A stretch of DNA of 64,000 nucleotides from Tubiluchus corallicola. Taxonomy: Eukaryota > Animalia > Priapulida. Shown in pieces: positions 53,991 through 64,000 of this stretch. The notes beneath the pieces are model-generated. The model ran no database searches. It was not told where the DNA came from and saw only the letters and a program-made list of their open reading frames with translations. Each line of letters opens with the position of its first letter. The first letter of the stretch is position 1. Location of the stretch: assembly GCA_030141605.1 (NCBI GenBank), contig JAQGDQ010000305.1, forward strand, positions 1 through 64,000, read 5' to 3'. The position numbers and the translations under genes were made by a program.

Positions 53991-54528
53991 CGCCAAGCTT
54001 AATTTACCACCTCAGTGGTGTAGCATTATTACTATAGAAGTATGAGTCCAAGCTGCACTTGACATGACTGCTTCTATGTCTATTATAGTGCACAAAGGTG
54101 AAGTGTAGATGACATAAAACTAGTAAAAGCTCTTTAGTCACACACAGAGTGAAGTATGTGAAGCAAAAATATTGAGTCAATTATGCGGAGTTATTTGAGT
54201 CAGTTCTAGGCAGTTTTTATATACATTTGAATAGAAGTGGCCCGTACCAGACATTTTGAGTCAATTCCAAAAGGCGACTGATTCTATTAACTGTGAGTCT
54301 AATAAGCAGTACTTACTGCATAAATCCAAGAAACAATAGTGTGTACAGGTGCAGAACAAATTAGAGTTTCATATCAGTTATGGTTATATTTAGACCTGGT
54401 TTAAGGTTTATGTAACACCAGGCTTACTCAACAATAACTAAACAAATAATGTACATGACTACAGGTTAACACTGCACTTTTTGCGGACTTGCCTATTTTT
54501 GACAGGGATAAATAAACATCAACAACTG

Positions 54529-54996
54529 TCACACATCGACAGGTGTATGCGGTCTAAAAACTTTTATATGAACAGCCGAGGTAGCTCTAGTCTGTGTCTG
54601 TGGTTCCAATTCATCACTAAGCGGCTCAAGATCATCAATAATATCAACAGTGGAGGTGTGTACAGCAACATCTACTGATCCAAGACCATTAGCTTTCAAA
54701 TGAAGAGCCAGGTTTATTGCTCTGTTAGTTGCTGCTCCAAGGCCATGTATGTACACTTCGTTAAACTCGGTGTCTAATAACTTTTGACACCTTTTCAACT
54801 GAGCTTTAAAGTCTGTTTTTCTGTTAACATAAACGTCATTTTTTCTCTTTGGTAATTTTTTGGGCAATCTCTTTTTCAGTAAGTACTCTTCCTTGTCTAT
54901 CACAAGTTGAGCACCTGAAGAGGCTTGTGCTTTCGAATCTTTGCCATCTTTGTCAAAAGACTGAGAAGACACCTCTTTACTGACCTTTTCAGCCAT
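54529..54996 (-). CDS. POP7: Ribonuclease P/MRP protein subunit p20 (Rpp20, Alba fold)
   Basis: EYLLKKRLPKKLPKRKNDVYVNRKTDFKAQLKRCQKLLD...EVYIHGLGAATNRAINLAL.L...TSTVDIIDDLEP...SAVHIKVFR closely matches recalled human RPP20; Kozak caccATGg; single coding exon with acceptor ttccttatag| 14 nt upstream of the ATG. Confidence 0.96.
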   Translation of the reverse strand: MAEKVSKEVSSQSFDKDGKDSKAQASSGAQLVIDKEEYLLKKRLPKKLPKRKNDVYVNRKTDFKAQLKRCQKLLDTEFNEVYIHGLGAATNRAINLALHLKANGLGSVDVAVHTSTVDIIDDLEPLSDELEPQTQTRATSAVHIKVFRPHTPVDV

Positions 54997-57519
54997 GGTG
55001 TTCTGTGACTCTATAAGGAAATTTAAAAAGATGTAGAGTCTAAAATTTTTATATAAACTATATTAGATCAATAACTTAATTAGTGACAGACAAGTGGTCT
55101 CAATGTGCACCCAGCGCAATGCACACTTAAATAACATCGAGCTTCCGGCTGGTATTTTAGCGACTCCTGATATTCACCATGTTGAGGTAGAATGTATACA
55201 CATATGAATGTAACTAAGACACCTTTGCCAAAGTAGTGTCTTATTTTGACAACTTGTCCTCAATAATTAGTTAGATTTCAGTTCAATGACAACTATCTAT
55301 ATGCTAAATATATAAATGCAAAATATACTTGCGTGCTTATTTTGAATATCTTAAATTACCTTTATACCAACAACATCTCACTGCCCACTGGTGCGTAGTT
55401 CAGACAAACCATGTATGTCGGACATGTAATGTAAAACACCATTTCACTCTGTCGTAGTGAATTCATTCTCACTTTGTAACTAGTAAGGCCGACAAAAAAT
55501 ATACTTTTGTGTCCATCTAATCGCTCGGTAATATTTTTTATCGGACACCCAGCTGGGAATTTTATATTTTTTTGTACATTCTCATACTTACTTGACACAG
55601 TCATATAAAAGCATTTTTTTAATTTAAAACGTAAGACGCAATAATTATTATAACATCGTTCTTTCGGGGAATGCAGGATGCGGCTGTTTTCAAACGGCTA
55701 ACTCTAGGAAAGGGTTGCTGTTTTGTATGATGTTCATTGTATTGGAGGCTAAAAAGTATCAAATTTTCTGCCAAATTGGTGTATTAATGGCCAAGTAGTG
55801 TTGCCGCTTATACCATAATTATCAGAACATACACGTTCATGATATAAAAGAAGAGACTATACAATAATCGATAATTATACGATAAATTAGTAATGCGAAA
55901 CAAAAAAACACAGCGTGAAAAAATGTGCATTGAAAAAATTTAAAACATTGCTGATACCAGTAAGAACAAACAAACTTTGTTTTCAACTGATTTTAAATAT
56001 TTCACGATTCAGCTTTAAACATTCCAAAAGCTTTAAAAATTTTTTCTTCCCTCCGTACTGACGTCTTTTGAGGTAAGACAGAAACAATTATTTTCTGGCC
56101 GGCCTAACTACCACTGAAATAGACAATGACAATGCTTGAAAGGGGCAATAAAAATACACAGAGTTAACAGAAATAAGTCTAGATGTTAATGAACTATATG
56201 TTAAAAAGTGTCCAATATAGTGAACTTGGATGGATATTCTATGAAATTTTATCAGGTCAAATTATATGTTGCCAAACTTGTCTAAAAATACAATTCTTAA
56301 TATAGATTTTTTACCACACCTTATGTTGGTGAGTCCTTTTTATTCTATTTTCCAGTGATGTCTGTAGTTAGATAATAAATTCAAATAATAGCAATAGCCA
56401 AATTTTGGAATGTAAATGAATTGAAAATTTGATTTCATCATATTGTCAAAGCCTGGAAATATCATTTACAGCTTACGTGATTAAATTTTCACATTTTTCT
56501 TGCACTAAAGTGAAAATATGGAAAGGAACATACAGTCGCTACCTGAAGATCGGCGTAGACTATACAAATCTGGTAACAAGATTAAAAAAACTTCATTTGT
56601 CTTTTACCTTACTGGTCTTCTCCCTCCTTCAAATTAATAGAAACACCTAACCTATCACCACATAGGTTATAGGTGTGGAAAGCTAAATTGTCGTAACTAT
56701 CTTCTACAATTGCCTAATGACTGAATATTTAACAGCTTCTGATTATCTAGCCATATTTGTTCAAAATAAGTTCCCAGTAATAACTTATTATTTAATTTAC
56801 TTTTATTTTTATACTTATCATTATTTTACATTACCTTCATTACTTTCAATTTATCACCATCATCATAATGCCCACTAATCTATTGTAGACACTAGGCTGG
56901 CTAAAATTAAAAAATCACCCTAAAGAAAGGTAACCACTACTAAGTACTATACCAGTGTCAGCATTCAGCACCACTTCTTGTTTTACATTTCATCATAATA
57001 TGCCCATTACGTCTATTGTAGACACTGGACAGGCAGAACCTTAAAATAAACGAAATCTGCCCTCAAGACTGGTGAACACATTAGTTATTCAGCAAAAATC
57101 TAGATACTGCTACATTTACATTACATTACACATGTGAGCCAAGCAATACGAGAAATCTTTCACGATTGCAGTCACTTTGCACTGTGTGCAGTTTTGGTGT
57201 GCCAGTCATGACTCATGGATACAAAAACACTCTAATCAACGAAGTCACAGCAAACAGCAGAGCGCTGCAACGCGTAATTATAAGAACCTTGTTCACTATT
57301 ACAAAAATATTCGCTTTACTTTTTATAAAGAAATAAAATAAAAACATTTATATAGGTATACCTGTAAAAAGTTCATGCACCATTATTTTATGGAAAATGC
57401 ACTTACAGATCTATAGACTTTAAAGCAAAACCTGACCCACTGTTAAACGGTAGGTCAAAACAACCTATTCTTTAAAATATTGAAAGGAAGCATACTATTT
57501 TTTTTCAAAAATGACTTAC

Positions 57520-57720
57520 GTGGAAGAATTACTGCCACACAAACGCAATTGATCGTTTTCACCATTAGTTTTTCACTGTTCATGCATTTCGTCATTCCCT
57601 AGTTAGACGGACACTAGCGCCTGCATTTCGGAAAGGGTAGCAGAAAAAAATAGGTGTTGTACATCTCCGTTCAGATGTGTTGGTTTGCGACGAACTGCAC
57701 ACGTTCGACAACTCATGCGT
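57520..57720 (-). promoter_or_regulatory. Candidate POP7 promoter and non-coding first exon
   Basis: Minus-strand donor cac|gtaagt at 57519 and a CpG-richer patch upstream; a second perfect donor cag|gtaagtat lies at 58565. Confidence 0.4.
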
Positions 57721-58039
57721 TAGTATAGTGGTAATTTGAAACTTGAATTTTTATCTTAAAACTTGCCTAGTTTTATTACGACACACTGAATCTCTTACGA
57801 TAGCACTGTACTTCAATTTTTGCTTTCACAAACACGCGCAACACGCTCATGGAATGTCTTTGATTTTGAAAATTATGTTAGATTGTGATGTCATCACTAG
57901 CTGGGCTCCCCCGCCGTTAATTAAGATTTTAATATATTATTTAATTATCAGAAACGTTTTTGCAGTATCATTGGTGTTAAAATGCATGCTTTTTACCGTA
58001 CAGAAAATATGAAAAATCATCCTTACTTCCTTTAATGAA

Positions 58040-58376
58040 TTCTTTATTTAAACGTCTGGGATTTTAAATTGTACCAAAATTTTTGTAGTTTAAATTTATT
58101 CAAATTGTCTTACAAACCATGTCGCAAATATTTGAAATTCCCTACCAGCTGAAGTTGTCAGCGCAACTAATCTTAGTCGTTTTATTTAGTTGCTAACGTC
58201 ATAAATTGAAATATAGCGTTTTTAATAAACTTAAAACATTTTATGAAATTTTAACTAAGAATCTCCGAACGAAAAATGCACCAGAGTTTGTCTTCCCATT
58301 CTACATGTTTTAGTTATATTATATGAAACATGTAAATACGTCTGTTTGGAATAAATAATAATAAATAAATAAATAC
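58040..58376 (+). mobile_element. Short 3' end of a CR1-group LINE
   Basis: HVANI*NSLPAEVVSATNLSRF resembles RV...WNSLP.EVV.A..L..F; ends in an (AATA)n tail. Confidence 0.6.
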
Positions 58377-59889
58377 ATTATACATTACAGTAACAAACAT
58401 CATCGTTTAGCGTAAGTCTAAATATGCTAGGTATTATTATCTTAACTTCAGAAAAAAGGCCTTAAAGCCCTAAATTAAAGTCACTCCTCAGTTATTAACA
58501 ATTACTATTAACAGTTACTATTAAACTACAAAAAACATTATTGACTTGCACAAACACATACTTACCTGCTCTCTGTTCAGTACGTTGAGGCAGTGTTAAT
58601 GAACAGTCGAGTAGTCAGTGTGTGTGGTTAGTGACTGAAGTTAATCAATGCCAAGACAGGACACCGAATGGATAATTAACTGTAGGATTCAATGCTCGAA
58701 TTTGGAATACAGTTTAATTTGCAGTATTGATTTTGGCTGTTTGCTCATTTTGATTTTGTGCATTTAGGAGGACGTATTCATATCGAAACTTCACTGGTTT
58801 CTGCCGATTTAGTGACCAATCTCGAGGATTGGCGTTCGTAAATAACTGCAACTTGATGCTGCCGTAACCATAACATTAAGTCGGCCTTGACAGTGAACGC
58901 CTCGCAGAACATATAAAAAATAGTTAACCTTCTAACCAGGTGCCTCTCTGTACTTAAGCGTTAAATACCGCTGCACCATTAAAACCTTACCAGTAAAGTT
59001 ATACTAGAAGCTATTAGTGTATAAAAAAGTGCAGTCCCACTCTATATTAATTTTTAATAGTAGCTTATGAGGAAACCCTCGGTTACTATAAATTAGAAAC
59101 AATAGCGTTGAAGCGTGAGAAATTTGTAAATGGACAGTTAAACAGATTCTCAGTCACAAACTAAACTAATCCCGCCGCTGACTAAGCGGTACAATACCAG
59201 AAAGGTACTACAATATTACCGGTACAGTACTTTAAGCTAAGCAAAGCGAAACTAAGCTAAATCGAACCAAACTGCAACTGCCGTGAGTTTAGTGTGCTAT
59301 CTGGATGATGGCGCTAGCGTGCAATTCTTCCCTGTATGGGCTGCGTGCGCAACGGCATTGTTTGCGGTTTGTTTTTGGGCACTCTGAGGTTTGGAGATAA
59401 CACACGTACTCACGACAGGTCGGTGTTGATTGCTTTAAAGTGCGTTTCTTGTTTACTTGCTTCTTTGTGTTAACTGCCGAATAAGCATTTTTGTTCATCA
59501 TCAATAAGTTCTAAATTTTTTTTCGATACTCGACCACCAGTGAACGCAGCTCCAAGATAACCTCAGCAATAATCGAAGTATTAAACACTTACACAAACCA
59601 AACCAAAAAATGGCAGAAAATGCGGTTACACGTTAGCAAAATAGGTCTCCTGTTATACAAACTTTATGTTTAGTGAAATAATGTTGTCTGCTTTATCCTA
59701 AAGAAAAATATAAACAATTTTTTTGAAATAAGCATTTCTGCGAAGTATCAGTGAAGTTACATTAACAAAGGTTTACCCATAATCAGTTTCAATTATCGCA
59801 CCTCTTTTAGCTTGACGTTTAGTTCTAAATATTGGAATCGATTTAAATTTAATTGATTTTTTTATACAAATTGTTCTAAACAAGCTTAG

Positions 59890-61417
59890 TGCCCAGCCGA
59901 GGTGATTAAAGGGCTACAACAGAGTGGTGAAAATATGAACACGTGTCCAGAAAAATAGATTCGAATAACTAGTTTGTTAGTAACAAGAGATATCCGCTGA
60001 GGTTGTTCTTGAACGGGACAAGCATGTGATTTTCAAAGAAAAATTTCTGGTACAGAATTCCACAGTTAAGAAGCCAGGGAAAAAATCGATATCTAATTGT
60101 CGCGCTGTATCTAGAAATGTCCATGGTAAACGAGGTAAACGAGGACAAACTGTCGGCGATTAGAAACCAATGACGTGAGGTCCCGAGCGCAGCTTCATTA
60201 GAAGTAACGATAAAAGAGGACTTAATAATAACACCAGACTTTGGATGAACAAGACACAAATTAGCAATAATTGCTCCGTTTTTGTAACATTGTTTGGACT
60301 TACAAATACAATTGTTACAGTCAGTAATATGTTCCTTACAATAAAGATTTTGACTAACTTATTATTGACTTATTTTCGTTAGAATTATTTTTACGAACCT
60401 GCTTTTGTTTGTTTACGTAAATATGAGAAGCAAAATTTAGCACTATTTTGTTGTCACAGTAATAATTGCATTTGCAGCTTATTAAAAAAATTATCAGTTT
60501 TGTCTCCTATTTGTAATACTGATCAGCGGCGATTTTGATATCTCATTAGCAGATGATATGGGATTTACAAAGAGAATACCTGCCAAGCTAAAGACAAACA
60601 ATATTGCGAAAATTATATTTTTCTCTGAAAATGTCATCACGTAGAATAAATACACTTTCTCCGTAACGGCATATAAACTATTCGATGTCTAGAAATAACA
60701 ATATAATAATATAATAAAAACCTGGTTAATAGAAGATATGGGATTTACAAACAAAATGCTTGTCAAACAAAAAACAAAACAAAATATTGCGATAATGTAG
60801 GAACATGCAACAAGTGGAATAAAACACCATCGAGGCAATGACTTATAAAAGTATTCAACATCAAAAGATACATATATAACAAAAATAGTTTTAAATATTT
60901 CTACACCAAGTCTGACCAAGAAATAATGTTCTCTTATCTTTTTCGGATAGCAGTCATAATAAAACGCGTTAGCGCTTTTGCGACCAATAATTTGTCTTCT
61001 CAAATCTATACCATCGCATAACTTGTAGCTTTCCAGAACATGCCTGGCTTGTAATTTTGTGCTCGGCAAAAATTCTCTAGCTCGGAGGAGGCTCCAGAAA
61101 CACACTATGAGTTTCAAAATTCCCGTCTTTCTGTCATTTGAAGCGCTTAATCGGAAACCATTTAAGAATTTGGAAATGAGGCGTTTTCAAGGGCAAAAAA
61201 TTTGGTTCTACCTGCCTGAAGGACCCTCTGGTTTCGCCATTATCGATTGATGGTCGTAATGGTGCTGCAATACAGTTTCACAATGGATCAATACGTTCCC
61301 ATATATCTCGTCAGTAGAGTCATCTCCTGGGATCCGAGTCTGTGTATATGGCTTCTGAGTTTTAGCGCATTCGGTAATCTTGTGCTGTTGGCGGGAACTG
61401 TTTAACGACACTCGCAT
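59890..61417 (-). pseudogene. Decayed intronless multi-hydrophobic-segment protein-coding sequence, family unknown
   Basis: ORFs 61208-61417 and 60689-61117 are the same frame separated by two stops; the frame continues past 60689 into a second copy of the ILFVNPISS motif; further hydrophobic segments follow after a frameshift. Confidence 0.45.
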
Positions 61418-64000
61418 TCGGATACTGTCTTACTAAAAGCAGGTAAGATTAATCAGTGATTATATGGTATCAGACTATTTAACGTAATTGGAGCTTATTG
61501 GGAGAATTAAGTAATTAGTGTTGGAAATCACACCGCACGTGGTTTTGCGAAGATATAATCACTTTTGTTTGTGCATCGTGATCCCCTAGGAAACAGTCAC
61601 ATATCATAACAGTTAATTTGTTTTACGATTATCATCAACTAGCAACAAATATTAGACTATTTTAGTTTAAAGTAAGTGGTGATTAGAAGTAAAGCTGAGG
61701 CAGATAAAAGAACAATCGCTACTGATGAAATCTGAATAACAGGAGCAATAGGGATCCAAACTGAAACTGCTTGCATGTTCTATCTGTTGATTACAGATGT
61801 CAACCGTAGATGCATAACAAAAGCTTAATTTTGCTTGATGATTCAAAGTAAATACATTGCTTTGTAACAACAAAGTTAATATATTGTTGTTTGGCTTGAG
61901 CGCTTTAATTTGTATACTATGCTTAATCAGTAGTCAGTGAATGGTTAAAAATTAAATCGACAGCCTATAAGGTGTAATTAGTGCAAGTGTTTTGCATAAA
62001 TCGGTGAATACGAATAAACTACATGCGTGCATTAATGCTATTGGTGGGTAGGAACAACTCGTAGATACACGTTGGTGAATAGCAGGAATAAGCATGAATA
62101 AGAATTGTAAACTATGAGTGAGCAGCGCCGTTTGTATGAGATCTAATCAGTTGGAAGTTGGGCGGCCCTGGCAACGCTGTTTCGGGGGGGGGGGGGGGGT
62201 AATTCGTCAGACGACATTCCCTTTGCAACCTGTATAATACGTAATTTTTATACAACATTTTCTTAATGCAGTTCTGAATGCAAAAAAGTTATCAGAAAAC
62301 TTCTTGCATATTATAAATTTATAGAAAATGAGTTTGGTTGTCAAGATTTCAATTCGTTTTTGTTAACATAATAGTAACTTAATATAACTCCTCCAGAGAC
62401 AACAATTTCATGTTCACTCATCATTTGAAAGATTAATATGGCTTCCCTTTCAAAAGATGTTTGCCTTTCAAAATTTAGAGGTGATAATCTGGTTTGGACG
62501 TTCTAATAAGGTATTTGTCCATCTGGCGATTAATAGCCATATCTGAAACCTGTAGAATTAGGCTTACTTCTAGATTCTGTAAAAAGATAAGAAGACAATT
62601 AGCGATTTAAAAATTAAAAACAAAACAGTTTAAACTCAAAATTAATTTTCCGATGTTTTGACAGAAATTTAAAAAACTGCTCGATGATTATAAAAATTAA
62701 TTTCGGTCACTGTTGTCATTTGGTTTTTCAGAAACAGCAAAAATTTTTCTGGTTATTGTCTTGGTAGAGGAAAACTAACCAAAAGTGCATTTTGTGGTGC
62801 GTACGTTATCCGTTAGAGAATATTTATCAAAGAGTTTTAATATTACTGTCAAACAGAAAACAGGAAAATAGAGGAAATAATATAGGAGAAGTTATCGTAC
62901 TGGATTCCTTCTATTCAGAGAAATTCATGCTTTCGTACTGTAATTCTGTCGGCAAGGAATGGGTAATTTTCTGACGAATCCTGTACACAGTCTTCTTGGC
63001 TCAGTAGTACTTTACCTGGATTGGAGTGCGTAACAAAAGTACCTGGCTATTTATTTTTCCTCATATCTCTGTCCTGTCTGTACCTGATGGTGATGCACAT
63101 GTCAGCTTATTTCGACGAGACACAGCAAAGCGCCTCTTCATTGCAGTGTCTCGCAAATGCGAATTAACTAATAGAGTTATTCAAATTTCAAGCTGCAGTC
63201 CCATCCACACGCTTCCTATTAATGTGGCATCGTCAGATTTGGTGTGAATGATACATAATTAACGATTAGTTGTATTGACGCTTTCTGCGTTCATCATCAA
63301 TTATTAACGTAGAACCAGTTTATGACATTAAGGGCTATGCACGCTTTCGTGCATGTAATGCTAGCCATGCCTGTATCACCGATACTGAGAGGTTTCTTAT
63401 GTGGAAAAATCTTTTCTAAGGATCTTCTTTTTTGCATTGACAAGAAAAAACGTATAAGTATTATGTTTAGTACAAGTTACGAATCGCACATCCTTTAGCG
63501 AATTCTGCGCCAAAGCAGTGTTGCCGGCCATCAAGCATCTCACATTTTTTCGCCTCTGGGGCAGGTACTGTCGGTACGTGGAGTTGCATGAAACCGTCTT
63601 TACACGTGAGGTGACGAACAACAATGTGATCACTGACCACTGGTCAAGGGAGGAAGCACAATGGGCGTTGGTCAGTGTTTCCTTTCATTTTCATCTCCTC
63701 CTAGGGCTTTCGGTTTTTGGGTACTGTGGGGTAGATGTTCACCTGGGGTTTTAAAGAGCTGACAAGTTTTAAACGCTGGAGGTAGGAGCCAAAATGCAAA
63801 ATTTGGAATCTCCTAATTGGCGACCTTTTACATACTGAAAGCTAGGGACAAAAAACTCACAGGGTACACTCTCTGGGCAAAGTTATCTATGTATACATGT
63901 CACCCGCATTGTCGGGTTAAAGGTCACGGAGCGGGCGGGTCTTCATTTAGTTTTCTTTATGACCCATCTACTCCCATAGTTTTTGAGTTAGGGCTACAAT

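Noticed and set aside
56861-57070. Two ~65-bp direct repeats that could suggest a repeat-spacer array
   Set aside because: Only two diverged copies in a eukaryotic intron; simple tandem duplication, not CRISPR.
58558-58568. ATACTTACCTG, identical to the U1 snRNA 5' end
   Set aside because: Downstream sequence does not continue as U1 (no stem-loop I or Sm site pattern); better read as a perfect minus-strand donor CAG|GTAAGTAT.

Overview
AT-rich eukaryotic (probably invertebrate animal) genomic DNA with GT-AG introns, many microsatellites and decayed transposons; no prokaryotic operon, CRISPR or rRNA signal. Three intact genes can be reconstructed. (1) An RDH11-14/DHRS13-type short-chain dehydrogenase (+, 6385-7754, two coding exons). 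(2) A ~34-kb gene with 17 coding exons (+, 18172-51770, ~1190 aa by my phase-consistent manual splicing), almost invisible in the ORF track. It encodes an N-terminal NAV/DIXDC1-type calponin-homology domain, a long disordered Pro/Ser-rich linker, a coiled coil, a C-terminal SAM domain and a PDZ-ligand-like tail. It has several candidate internal first exons and a pair of ~330-bp inverted repeats bracketing the CH-domain exons. (3) POP7/Rpp20 (-, 54529-54996). Also present: two non-autonomous hAT elements with perfect 8-bp TSDs (one carrying a nested 96-bp MITE), RTE, CR1-like and piggyBac fragments, a fold-back with two dead hammerhead-like cores (Penelope-like), and a decayed membrane-protein-like frame at ~59.9-61.4 kb. 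Family assignments come from recalled motifs, not database searches.
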